This document shows, in pieces, positions 1 to 8,609 of a stretch of 64,000 nt of DNA (the first letter of the stretch is position 1; each line of letters starts with the position of its first letter). The position numbers and the translations under genes are program-made. The stretch comes from Nanobdellota archaeon (GTDB taxonomy: Archaea; Nanobdellota; Nanobdellia; Woesearchaeales; UBA9642): contig JAKAKR010000013.1 in assembly GCA_021813435.1 (NCBI GenBank), forward strand, positions 120,107 to 184,106, given 5' to 3'. The notes under the pieces were generated by a model that saw only the letters and a program-made list of their open reading frames with translations, did no database searches and had not been told where the DNA came from.

Positions 1-123
1 GAACAGGTGCAGCCCGTACTTGCCGTTGCAGGACACATCCATGAGGCATTTGATGAAGAGGACCACATCAAACATACGCAACTCATCAATCCGGGGCCCC
101 AGGGAAAGATTATCGAATTCTAG
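1..123 (+). CDS. metallophosphoesterase-family protein, C-terminal end (5'-partial, runs off window start)
   Basis: Frame 1 is open from base 1 to TAG at 121-123: EQVQPVLAVAGHIHEAFDEEDHIKHTQLINPGPQGKIIEF*. A GH[IT]HE motif followed by NPG near the C-terminus resembles YfcE/MJ0936-type phosphoesterases. It is absent from the ORF track because it has no in-window start. Confidence 0.4.
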   Translation, partial: EQVQPVLAVAGHIHEAFDEEDHIKHTQLINPGPQGKIIEF

Positions 124-1073
124 AATTGCATGATCCGGTCTTTGCGGTCTTCTTTCATCAGGAGCACGACACGCGAGGATTTCTGCTCGTCAATGAACGT
201 GTAATCACAATGTGTACAAATTTCTGCTGCAAATGCCTTGACCTCTTCATGATACGGCATTGCAGTAATATCGAGACGTTCCCGCGATGAGCCGACATGC
301 ATGTATGCCTTGACCTCAACATAGGTTGCGTTTGCGCGTTCAAGCAATTGCGCGTACTGTTCCGGATGCACCATGTTCATGCCCTTGATGAGCGTGATGC
401 GAACAGCAGTCCGGGTCTTATCCTGCAATGCGTTGAGGACATCAAATGATTCCATGAGCCGCTCCCATCCATCCTTTACTGCGCAGCGATCAATCTTAAA
501 GAATAATTCCTTGTTCGGCGCATCAAGCGAGATATAGAGCTGGGTAGGAAGCGCTTTTTTCTTCTCGAGCATCCGGAGCTGGTCTGGGAGCAGACCATTG
601 GTGACAATGAATGTGGACTTCTTTTTTTCATGCAGTTCTGTGACGAGTTCTGCAAGTTTTGGGTACATGGTCGGCTCACCCGAGAGGGATATCGCAAAGT
701 GCATGGGCTCCTGCGATTCACGATACTTCTTCTTATTCACCTTGCTGTTGCCCGGATATCCGTTGAGCAGGTGATTATGCCCCGTGATGGATTCCTCAAT
801 CACAAATGCCGGATCATCCACCTGCATGTTCTTGCCGGTCTTCTCTGAGCCTTCAAGGTTTCTCCAGCAGAAGATGCAGGCATTCTGGCAGTATTGCACG
901 TCAGGCGTCATCTGGCAGCAGCGATGGGACCTGATGCCATAGAATTTTTCCTTATAGCAGACGCCCTGGTCCTGCAATGATTTCTTGGTCCAGGTGCAGA
1001 TCTTGACTGCTGAATTGTTGCCGAACGGATAATACTGCTGTTTCTTGAGAAGCTTGCGATAGGTTTCATCCAT
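120..1073 (-). CDS. taw1: tRNA 4-demethylwyosine synthase (Taw1/TYW1-type radical SAM)
   Basis: 317 aa. Radical SAM motif CQNACIFC (CX3CX2C). An upstream Cys-rich region (CTW..CYKE..CCQM) could hold a second cluster. SLSGEPT SAM-binding-like motif. Length and layout fit archaeal Taw1. Confidence 0.8.
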   Translation of the reverse strand: MDETYRKLLKKQQYYPFGNNSAVKICTWTKKSLQDQGVCYKEKFYGIRSHRCCQMTPDVQYCQNACIFCWRNLEGSEKTGKNMQVDDPAFVIEESITGHNHLLNGYPGNSKVNKKKYRESQEPMHFAISLSGEPTMYPKLAELVTELHEKKKSTFIVTNGLLPDQLRMLEKKKALPTQLYISLDAPNKELFFKIDRCAVKDGWERLMESFDVLNALQDKTRTAVRITLIKGMNMVHPEQYAQLLERANATYVEVKAYMHVGSSRERLDITAMPYHEEVKAFAAEICTHCDYTFIDEQKSSRVVLLMKEDRKDRIMQF

Positions 1074-1095
1074 ATAGCGATGGAATAAGAGAGGA

Positions 1096-1104
1096 TTTTT
1101 AAAT
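1096..1104 (-). promoter_or_regulatory. TATA-like box for taw1
   Basis: tttttaaat lies 23 nt upstream of the start codon at 1073. This is archaeal TATA geometry for a leaderless mRNA. Confidence 0.45.
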
Positions 1105-1120
1105 GTTTAGAATGATATCA

Positions 1121-1150
1121 GTACAGATATGTTACAGATAGTTACAGATA
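1121..1150. repeat. three tandem 10-nt units (gtacagatat / gttacagata / gttacagata)
   Basis: Read directly from the sequence. The units sit just upstream of the taw1 TATA-like box. Confidence 0.8.
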
Positions 1151-1158
1151 AGCAAATG

Positions 1159-1176
1159 ATAGTTATAGATAACTAT
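1159..1176. repeat. palindrome ATAGTTAT-AG-ATAACTAT
   Basis: Perfect 8-bp inverted arms read directly, between the stop of the nuclease gene (1184) and the taw1 promoter. Confidence 0.8.
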
Positions 1177-1183
1177 AGATATG

Positions 1184-2050
1184 CTACACTGATTCGAGTG
1201 TTTCCTGTGTCGAGGATTTTGCAGGAGGATGTTTCGGGACCGGCTTATTATTGAAGCAGTAATCATAGAAGTCGCATTGCCCACCGGACCATTTGCAGAG
1301 CGGCGAGGGCTTCATCGGATAATCCTCGATGCGATTAGCGCCGTCGGTTGCGGCATGGATCTCCTCGATCTTGACTTTTGCATGCAATAGCAGGTCATCA
1401 TTCACTGGCAGAAGCTGCTCTGTATCCTTCAGGAAATAGATCCCGACATGCTGCGGCCGCTTGCCATGCTTTTCCTCGTAGAGCAGGGCATAGATTGCAA
1501 GCTGCAATCTATAAGCGTCAGTGATGTGCGGTCTACTTGAAGTCTTATAATCCATCAATCGAACTGTGCCCTGATATTCTTCAATCGCGTCAATGAATCC
1601 GTGCACGCCATGTGTGCTGCTCGTATACTCGATTTCAGTAATAGGGCGCAGCGCAGTGAATGCCTCGCTGAATGATAAGCCTGCAGTCTGCATGAGCTGC
1701 TCGATCCGGTTGATGAATTGTTTGAGCCAATTGAGAAGCATCTGCTGCGTCTCGACAAAATAATAATTGAATTCCTGCGGGGTGAGACCCAGCGATTCAA
1801 GCTGCGGCAGTGCCTTGTTCCAATAATTCTTGAGAAGTTCCAAGACAATAATCTGCAGGTCATGTTTATAGGTTGCTGCAATCCCCGAGGGCTTGAGGGT
1901 GAAGAGATGCTCAAGGACAAGATGCGCCACTGATCCGCGGATAAGATGGATCGATGGGCTTGTCGGCATCTTCAGATGATACTGATAATAATATTTTCTC
2001 GGGCACTGCAAGAATGTATTGATCGACGATGGCGACTGGACCCGCTTCAT
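1184..2050 (-). CDS. PD-(D/E)XK nuclease, Cas4/RecB-like with 4-Cys cluster
   Basis: 288 aa. N-terminal Cys (FLQCPRKYYY) plus C-terminal CKWSGGQCDFYDYC give the Cas4/AddB-type four-Cys arrangement. GFIDAIEE...LMDYKTS fits the D..(D/E)xK nuclease core. Confidence 0.65.
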   Translation of the reverse strand: MKRVQSPSSINTFLQCPRKYYYQYHLKMPTSPSIHLIRGSVAHLVLEHLFTLKPSGIAATYKHDLQIIVLELLKNYWNKALPQLESLGLTPQEFNYYFVETQQMLLNWLKQFINRIEQLMQTAGLSFSEAFTALRPITEIEYTSSTHGVHGFIDAIEEYQGTVRLMDYKTSSRPHITDAYRLQLAIYALLYEEKHGKRPQHVGIYFLKDTEQLLPVNDDLLLHAKVKIEEIHAATDGANRIEDYPMKPSPLCKWSGGQCDFYDYCFNNKPVPKHPPAKSSTQETLESV

Positions 2051-2070
2051 GATACACAGAATTTTTCAGC

Positions 2071-2079
2071 ATTTAAATA
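2071..2079 (-). promoter_or_regulatory. TATA-like box for the Cas4-like nuclease gene
   Basis: atttaaata lies 21 nt upstream of the start at 2050. Confidence 0.4.
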
Positions 2080-2294
2080 GGTAATGGATACCTGTCCAGT
2101 GCGCAGGATAGGATTAGAAAAACAGCAGTTTTATCGCGCCGCCAAAAGTGACGATGAGAATGACATAGCGCGCTCACATCACAGAGATAAGAGCAGTAGT
2201 TCACGAGCTATTGTTCCTCACATCTGCTGTTCGAAGGTTCGCAAGGCGCTACTTTTTCGAGCATACCCTGCAATAGATTTACAAAACATAAAAC

Positions 2295-2303
2295 TATTTA
2301 AAT
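2295..2303 (+). promoter_or_regulatory. TATA-like box for the 2324 ORF
   Basis: tatttaaat lies 21 nt upstream of ATG 2324. This favours the internal start over the track start at 2084. Confidence 0.45.
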
Positions 2304-2323
2304 CGCCGGAATTCTTTGAGATT

Positions 2324-2824
2324 ATGGATATAAAGTCATTGATTACGACTATTGAATCATCTCCGGCATTCCAAGAGACTATCCAAAAATTTCCTGAACA
2401 GTATCTGACGCACATCTTTACCATCATGGACAGCCGCAAGGCTGAGGAATGGGATGTCGGGTATTATAGCAAGAAGACTGACCGGATCATTGTGTTCAAG
2501 TATGCTAATAACACAGTTACTGCTGAGCCGCCCCAGGAAGTCTTCAAGGAAAAAGGGTATGTTGAGCCATTGGTCCTTGATGCAGTCACTATCGGAAAAG
2601 ACGAGGCAATCGCCCAGGCAAACGCGGTTCTCAAAGAGAATTATTCAGCAGAATCCATCATGAACGCAATTGTTCTGCTCCAGAACATCAAGGAATACGG
2701 GCAGGTCTGGAATATCACCTTGACCACACTAACCTTTCATGTGATCAATGTCAAGATCAATGCGATTACCGGCGAAGTCGTCAAGCATTCCCGCGAATCA
2801 CTCATCGGATGGAACAAAAAATAA
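2324..2824 (+). CDS. hypothetical protein, PepSY-like repeats
   Basis: Starts MDIKSLITT. The C-terminal ...WNITLTTLTFHVINVKINAITGEVVKHS has the PepSY-like pattern (beta strands then DaxtGev). The N-terminal 80 aa of the track ORF (2084) look non-coding. Confidence 0.4.
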   Translation: MDIKSLITTIESSPAFQETIQKFPEQYLTHIFTIMDSRKAEEWDVGYYSKKTDRIIVFKYANNTVTAEPPQEVFKEKGYVEPLVLDAVTIGKDEAIAQANAVLKENYSAESIMNAIVLLQNIKEYGQVWNITLTTLTFHVINVKINAITGEVVKHSRESLIGWNKK

Positions 2825-2829
2825 TAAAA

Positions 2830-3276
2830 TCAGTCCTTCACATGCTTCTTGCGTAATTCATAGGCGATAATCGTCGGGATATAAAAGATGATGTCAGAGA
2901 GATATTTTCCGATAATAAGACCGATGGTCACATTCCCGATCACGAGCGGGCACCAGTACAAAAAGAATGGTCTGATAAGAAGTGTGTCGAGGAGTTCTGC
3001 GACAGTAAACTCAAGGATGAGGTTGCGTACATTTTTTGCAAAATGGACAAAAGTGTAGTTCTTGCGTTTTGCACGCAATGATTTTCTTGTTGCAAGAATA
3101 TCGCTGATAAGAATAAACCCGTAATATGTAAAGAAGTCGGCAATAGAGGCGATGAAGGCTGCGGCAATGCGGTTTCCTGTTGATTCAAATACCAGCAGTG
3201 CAATAAGAACAGTCAGAATCGTACTAAAGATATTTGCCGGAAGATACCGTTTCAACCATTTCTTCCATTTAGCCAT
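2830..3276 (-). CDS. small polytopic membrane protein (about 4 TM), function unknown
   Basis: Hydrophobic segments run throughout. I chose Met7 (MAKWKKW) as the start because the box ttttataaag at 3297-3306 is 21 nt from 3276 but only 3 nt from the track start at 3294. Confidence 0.5.
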   Translation of the reverse strand: MAKWKKWLKRYLPANIFSTILTVLIALLVFESTGNRIAAAFIASIADFFTYYGFILISDILATRKSLRAKRKNYTFVHFAKNVRNLILEFTVAELLDTLLIRPFFLYWCPLVIGNVTIGLIIGKYLSDIIFYIPTIIAYELRKKHVKD

Positions 3277-3608
3277 AGGCAGACAGAGAGTCATTGTTTT
3301 ATAAAGATGCTGTAAAAAAACAACGCAGACATTGCCGTCACTTCTTCATGGTTTCGTGATTTTGTGCGTAAGTTGTTACTGGACCGATACTCATTGTGTA
3401 CTCCAACCTATAAGTTAATTCATAATGGTTTTTGTTTCTATATTTGCAAGGTTGTTTCTTGGTACAACAGTATTTATAAATAAGTGTACACAGTTAAAGG
3501 TAAACGAAAAAGCATCGACGAGTGTGTGATCAAAGGAAGATTGATCATGAGGAAAGGGGGATTCACATGGGAAAAATAAGTTATAACGCGAAAATGAGTT
3601 CGAGTGCA

Positions 3609-4067
3609 TTAAACACGTTTTTTGATACTACAGAAACTGTAGAAGAGAAAAAAGAAAACTAAATTTTTTTCATAACTATTTTTCTTGAGCATCATATACG
3701 AGAAACTGGGTGATGATATCCAGGATGTTGCGATAAGTGATGTGATGCCCTGATGATGTAAAGATGATTTCGCGTCCATTCTTGCACAGGTGATAACAGG
3801 GATGTGTAATGCGTCAGCCCAGGTTAATTCAATTTTTTGACCTTGCGAATCAAATGATATTTCTGCAAGAATAATAATTTCTGTAGCATGTTTCTCGAAT
3901 AATTCTCTTGTCGGATAAGGATCGTCACTTTGTTCGTGAGGAAGGATAAGGACAAATTGTTGCGCAAGGATGCTTTTACGGAGCGGTGTATAGAATGTTG
4001 AACGATACTGCGGGATTTTTCTTGAATGGGATACATATACAATGGAACGTTGCATGCCATTCCTCAA
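3609..4067 (-). CDS. hypothetical protein, possibly nucleoside 2-deoxyribosyltransferase-like
   Basis: Its start overlaps the tmk stop by 4 nt, suggesting operon coupling. IVYVSHS...ILPHE...EIIILAEIS..GQKIELTWADALHIPVI weakly resembles the NDT-like Rossmann pattern. The C-terminal 25 aa look non-genuine. Confidence 0.3.
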   Translation of the reverse strand: MRNGMQRSIVYVSHSRKIPQYRSTFYTPLRKSILAQQFVLILPHEQSDDPYPTRELFEKHATEIIILAEISFDSQGQKIELTWADALHIPVITCARMDAKSSLHHQGITSLIATSWISSPSFSYMMLKKNSYEKNLVFFFLFYSFCSIKKRV

Positions 4068-4777
4068 TAGTTTTTCAGATTCGGCTCAATAAATTCTGTA
4101 GTGGGGAGTTGAGGTTGTACTGCTTCCCAAACCTTCTCATGGATGTCTTCTTTGGAGATGAATGCATCACCACTATTGCAGTTGATGACAGTCCACTGAT
4201 ACTTTTTTGCGCAGTACAGGAATGCATTTGCAGCAGCGTTCAGGTGTCCAAGATCATTCTCATGGATATCACGCTTTGCATTTCCACCGATGTATGCGCG
4301 CAATTGCTTGCGATCAACAAGGATCTGTCCCATGACTGGGGGAAGGTATAAGAGGATATTGATATCAGGACGGGGTATGCCAAAAATTCCGAATTCCAAT
4401 TCATCCAGCCATGCAAGGAATGCATCGCGTTCCTTGATATCACTGATCTTTCCTGCCTGATGGCCCTGGTTTGCAGAGACATATCGGTCACAGACCACAA
4501 TCTTTCCTTCGCCCAGTGCCGCGCGGATATCAAAGGATGCAGCATAGCGGTCAGCAGCATAGAATATAGAAGCGGCTTTTGGCGCTACCTCGTGCGCTTT
4601 GCCGAATTTTCCGTTCAGGTATTCATCGACGAGTGCAGCACTGGGCTTTCCATGCTGGGGAAAATCAAAATATACTGCAGCATATCCCTCGCGTTCAAGA
4701 TGTCGTATAAGCAATTCTGATTGTGTCTTCTTGCCTGACCCGTCTGTCCCATCAATCACAATAAGTATTCCCTTCAT
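4064..4777 (-). CDS. tmk: thymidylate kinase
   Basis: MKGILIVIDGTDGSGKKTQ P-loop, DRY motif (VVCDRYVSAN) and a lid region. I used the internal Met at 4777; the track start at 4828 adds 17 atypical residues. Confidence 0.85.
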   Translation of the reverse strand: MKGILIVIDGTDGSGKKTQSELLIRHLEREGYAAVYFDFPQHGKPSAALVDEYLNGKFGKAHEVAPKAASIFYAADRYAASFDIRAALGEGKIVVCDRYVSANQGHQAGKISDIKERDAFLAWLDELEFGIFGIPRPDINILLYLPPVMGQILVDRKQLRAYIGGNAKRDIHENDLGHLNAAANAFLYCAKKYQWTVINCNSGDAFISKEDIHEKVWEAVQPQLPTTEFIEPNLKNY

Positions 4778-4814
4778 GAATCCACCCGTATGCGCCTGCA
4801 CTGATACTTTTTCA

Positions 4815-6404
4815 TCAATACCCATCAAGGATCAACTCCTTGTCCTGGGTATAGAGGATGTGTTTCTTTACTGCTATATATGCTTTTTGGATTTCAGCGC
4901 CGATATCCAAGGCATGTGCAATACTGCTGATTGCGTTATCACGCGCAAGTTCCCGCAAGAGTCGTGCAGGTGCAGTTGCCGTGTAGACATTGAGCAGTGT
5001 TCCATTCGGCGCAGTATGTGTTGCAACAATGGCATGATCTCTGGTGGTAATCACGATGTTTCCTGCAGGGTCAGGAGTGAGCGGGTTGAATGTCCGATGT
5101 TTGAGCACTGCATCTGTTGCATCAAAATCTGCAGCATAGACGTGGCCGGACATGGCATTGGTGATGAGCGATCCGAGTCCAAGTCCTAATGCGTTTGCGA
5201 CGCGCGATTGGAGTACGCGCAGTGCAATGGCATTCATGGGCCAGGCTTTCATGACATCATTGCTCCGGATCCATACTGCAAGATTGAGGACATTGTCCTG
5301 GACGAGAAAATTGAGCATGTCAATGCAGGGCGGATTTGGTGAGAGTGGATCGCAGGAGGGATTCCATAGACTGACATAGCATGCGCGGCTCTCTTTATCC
5401 TTTCTGAGTTGCCTGATGATGAGATCGATCTGGTCTATAGCGCTTGCCTGTTCCAATGCGTCAACGAGCATCTGAGCATCAAGACGCGCTGCGGTGAATG
5501 GCGCAAGTTCCTCGTGGAGTTTGGTGAGTGCATGTATCTTTTCCACGAGATGCGGCGCGATTGCGGTATAGGCAAAGATGCGCGAGCCATAGGTGTATTC
5601 GAGGTCACGCGAGGTTCTGCCGCTTGCCACTTCAGGGATATATTTTTCGACATCTTCACGCGTGAAGTGATAGTGTTCAGACCATGCAAGGTTATCCGGA
5701 TCCTCGCGCGTGATGACAGCAACAAGATGCAATAATTCCTGTTGCATTCCATGACGGCTCTGTTTCATGATCCCGAAACGCCGCACTGCATGCAATAATT
5801 CTATCCATGCATCAGCGATAGTTTCTGCGCGGACAGTGTGTGACGCGCCAGCCCAGGGAAATGATTGCGGTGGCGCAACAATGTGATCCGGATAGATGCA
5901 GGTGTGCGGGTCAGCGTAGCGATCACCGGGATGGATTGATTGGAGGAGCGCATCAGTGATGCGTTCTGCAACATGGATGCGAACATTTGCCCTGAAGAGT
6001 TCGATTGCCTCAAGCGGTATTTCCGGCTCGATCATTGCATGATCAATGCCAATGATGTGATGATGCTCATCGACGCCATTTGCACAAAGTCCGATGAGCG
6101 CTTCCTGTGTTCCGGTCTTATTGTTGCCTGTGATGATAATATCAGTGATCCTGCCGTGCAGGAGGCAATTTCTGATGATTGCGCTGATGCCCTGGCTTTT
6201 GGTCACGAGTTGCCCGATAATGCAATAATTTGCTTTTGAAAGATTCTTTGCAACTTCAGAGACCGGGGTCCATAGTGTAACCATGCCGATGTGATGAAGC
6301 GGATTTCCGACAATCAATTTATGGACATGTTCTTGGGGGTAGAGGGGGAATGGTTTGTCAAAGAGGGTCACTGATTCAGGCATCATCATAGGATCACCAC
6401 ACAA
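4815..6404 (-). CDS. thyA: thymidylate synthase (ThyA-type core) with a ~190-aa N-terminal extension
   Basis: Core motifs: YVSLWNP, catalytic-Cys context PPCIDMLNF, RSNDV (matching RSCDV in E. coli ThyA) and SGHVY. At 529 aa it is about twice the length of a normal ThyA. Confidence 0.75.
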   Translation of the reverse strand: MCGDPMMMPESVTLFDKPFPLYPQEHVHKLIVGNPLHHIGMVTLWTPVSEVAKNLSKANYCIIGQLVTKSQGISAIIRNCLLHGRITDIIITGNNKTGTQEALIGLCANGVDEHHHIIGIDHAMIEPEIPLEAIELFRANVRIHVAERITDALLQSIHPGDRYADPHTCIYPDHIVAPPQSFPWAGASHTVRAETIADAWIELLHAVRRFGIMKQSRHGMQQELLHLVAVITREDPDNLAWSEHYHFTREDVEKYIPEVASGRTSRDLEYTYGSRIFAYTAIAPHLVEKIHALTKLHEELAPFTAARLDAQMLVDALEQASAIDQIDLIIRQLRKDKESRACYVSLWNPSCDPLSPNPPCIDMLNFLVQDNVLNLAVWIRSNDVMKAWPMNAIALRVLQSRVANALGLGLGSLITNAMSGHVYAADFDATDAVLKHRTFNPLTPDPAGNIVITTRDHAIVATHTAPNGTLLNVYTATAPARLLRELARDNAISSIAHALDIGAEIQKAYIAVKKHILYTQDKELILDGY

Positions 6405-6504
6405 AATGTGAGATATTCTATGGACCTGTAATCATTTAATAGATTGTTATCAAGAAATATGCTGCAGTGTTGTAGATTCCAAAGACAGATTATCCTCAGG
6501 CAGG

Positions 6505-6774
6505 TTATTCGATCAAGAGTAGTTTTTCCCGTGACCGCATTCCTCGTTTGAGAGAGACTGTTTTCTTCAATAATTTCGAGAAGAACTTGACGATTTCCTC
6601 GTTTGCCTCATTATTGTCCGGCTTTGCATGCACGTCAACCCGCAATGCCTTTGCTGATGCGTCCCAGCCGCGGATCTTCGTTGCCGGACTGTTTGGCCTG
6701 ACGATAATTGCAAGATAACCGCTTGTGGAGATATAAGCGGAAAGTTCCTGAGCATTCATTTCTTTCCCCGCCAT
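6505..6774 (-). CDS. DUF167/YggU-family protein
   Basis: 89 aa. ...ALRVDVHAKPDNNEANEEIVKFFSKLLKKTVSLKRGMRSREKLLLIE matches the YggU pattern (ApP..G.AN.eli.fL...v.i..G..sr.K). Confidence 0.65.
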   Translation of the reverse strand: MAGKEMNAQELSAYISTSGYLAIIVRPNSPATKIRGWDASAKALRVDVHAKPDNNEANEEIVKFFSKLLKKTVSLKRGMRSREKLLLIE

Positions 6775-7427
6775 TCATCCAGGAATTCCCTGACAAATCC
6801 CTGCATATAATCATGTCTTTTTTGCGCCAGTGCTCTTGCAGTCGGAGTGTTCATGGTATCCTTGAGCCGCAAAAGTTTGCTGTAAAAATGATGCAATGTC
6901 GAGGGATCCTTAGGAAGATCTTCATCAAAATATTTTCGTCCCAAGGGGATGTCCGGGTTCCACATCGGAACCTGCAATTGATTCGAAAACCCGAATGTCC
7001 TCCCGATGCCGATGGCGCCCATTGCATCAAGATTGTCTGCATCCTGCACTATACACGTCTCAATGTCACGGGCAGTCTTCCCATTCTTGGAGAATGAATA
7101 TTCTTCATGGAATTCCACTGCATGCAACACTGCAGGAATTTTTTCTTGGGGAAAATGCACTGCGTCTAAAAGCGTTTTGATTTTTGGCAATGACGATTTC
7201 GGATCAGTATACCTGCCTGTTTCAAGCTGCATCACCCGATGGATATCGTGCAGGAATGCTGCAGCGCCGATGACGAGCCTATCACCGCCCTCTTTCTTCT
7301 GGATGTTCAACGCAAGCGTAGAGACCCGGTATAAATGATAGAGGTCATGGCACGAATCCCGGGAGAATTGCGTTCTGATCTTTCTGTCAAGTGCGCCAAT
7401 GTATCTTTTCAGAACAGTGTCAGACAT
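6756..7427 (-). CDS. HD-domain phosphohydrolase
   Basis: FLHDIHR (the H..HD motif) and VQDADNLDAMGAIGIGRTF are typical of YedJ-like HD hydrolases. It overlaps the downstream gene by 19 nt. Confidence 0.75.
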   Translation of the reverse strand: MSDTVLKRYIGALDRKIRTQFSRDSCHDLYHLYRVSTLALNIQKKEGGDRLVIGAAAFLHDIHRVMQLETGRYTDPKSSLPKIKTLLDAVHFPQEKIPAVLHAVEFHEEYSFSKNGKTARDIETCIVQDADNLDAMGAIGIGRTFGFSNQLQVPMWNPDIPLGRKYFDEDLPKDPSTLHHFYSKLLRLKDTMNTPTARALAQKRHDYMQGFVREFLDEWRGKK

Positions 7428-7435
7428 TGTTTCGC

Positions 7436-7765
7436 CTATCGCCCGTCACGCCAGGTATGCTGGCATTTGGTGCATTTGAAAAAATGCGTCTCGGGTTCGT
7501 CTCCTGCGCGCATCTGTTGCGTCCAGGAATATGCTTCCTTGTTCTTGCACTTCGGGCATTCTGCCTCTGCAATGGGATACGCGGATTCCTCTTTTTCGAT
7601 GACATCAAATTTTACTTCGTCAACATTTTTCTTGAATGTGACTGCGTTTGATGCTGCGCTCTTGTCTGCGACATAACCGCACGTACATGCCATGACCTTC
7701 TTGTCGCGCACAACCTTTGGCCGAAGTATCGACCCGCATTTTGGACAAAACTGCATTGAAACCAC
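7436..7765 (-). CDS. tfs: transcription factor S (RNA polymerase subunit M-like)
   Basis: 109 aa. N-terminal Zn ribbon CPKCGS...CTCG, C-terminal Zn ribbon CPKC...RAGDEPET.FFKCTKCQHTWR. SD-like GAGGTGG lies 5 nt upstream of the ATG. Confidence 0.9.
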   Translation of the reverse strand: MVSMQFCPKCGSILRPKVVRDKKVMACTCGYVADKSAASNAVTFKKNVDEVKFDVIEKEESAYPIAEAECPKCKNKEAYSWTQQMRAGDEPETHFFKCTKCQHTWRDGR

Positions 7766-7813
7766 CTCGAATAATCAGATATTGATGATCAGGTAATAAG
7801 TCATTTTTATGTA

Positions 7814-8464
7814 TTAATTGAAACTGCATCCGCTGAATGTGATGCATTGGATGATATCAACAAACCATATCTTTACATACCCCAGATAAGGAATCTTGAA
7901 CCATGCCTTGCCGATTACTTGGTCCTTGGTGATATATTTTTCATTGACTGAAGGATTCACGATCTGCGCCTGGTTATGATCGCCCTTGGTCTCGATGACA
8001 TCATCCTTCTGGACTACGCGATGGATGATAGGGTAAGAGAGGTGTGATTGATAGACGATGATGTCCCCTTTTTTGATCGCGTCATATGGTGCGCCGGTAA
8101 GAATGATAATATCGCCCTTGTTGAATCCATTATGCATGGGATACTGCAAGAAGTCTGCTGCACTGATGTTTTTTTGCTGATACCAGGCCTCCTGCGTGCA
8201 TTTGGTATAGGTGGTCGTGAATGTCTGCTCTCCGCAATACGCAGGACTTGTCCACCAGGTGTTGAAGTTCCCATTATGTTCCATGCTCTCAGAGATGACT
8301 GCGACAATCGGCAGGTTTGTCCCGAGCAGCAGTCCGATTCCTGGATAGATGATGAATTTGATGAGAATGAATGCGATGATGATATTGACTGCCCAACTCC
8401 AGATACTATTCTCTTCCCAGATAAAATGCCAGACCCGTTTCAATAATTTCTTTGTCTCACCCAT
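7814..8464 (-). CDS. signal peptidase I (S26, archaeal/Sec11-like)
   Basis: N-terminal TM segment, SESMEH (catalytic Ser box), GDIIIL/GDIIVY, IIHRVV and TKGDHN. I chose the start at MGETKK because the box aattataaagg (8485-8495) lies 21 nt upstream. Confidence 0.8.
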   Translation of the reverse strand: MGETKKLLKRVWHFIWEENSIWSWAVNIIIAFILIKFIIYPGIGLLLGTNLPIVAVISESMEHNGNFNTWWTSPAYCGEQTFTTTYTKCTQEAWYQQKNISAADFLQYPMHNGFNKGDIIILTGAPYDAIKKGDIIVYQSHLSYPIIHRVVQKDDVIETKGDHNQAQIVNPSVNEKYITKDQVIGKAWFKIPYLGYVKIWFVDIIQCITFSGCSFN

Positions 8465-8580
8465 GCTGCAAAGAGAAATACATGAATTATAAAGGTTATG
8501 ATTTAGAGTACAATACCTCGAGAACAATACAGTGCCGCCGCGCATCACCCGCTGCAGGCCACGCAGGATCGCGCATAATA

Positions 8581-8588
8581 TTTATATA
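8581..8588 (+). promoter_or_regulatory. TATA-like box for the 2H phosphoesterase gene
   Basis: tttatata lies 22 nt upstream of ATG 8610. Confidence 0.45.
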
Positions 8589-8609
8589 GTAAGATGTGTC
8601 TTGCGCAGT

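Noticed and set aside
2084-2323. The N-terminal 80 aa of track ORF 2084-2824 (and similar long N-terminal extensions at 8532, 37217, 49786, 59869 and 56122).
   Set aside because: The extensions are compositionally odd. In each case a TATA-like box sits 19-25 nt upstream of an internal Met, which gives a sensible N-terminus or signal peptide.
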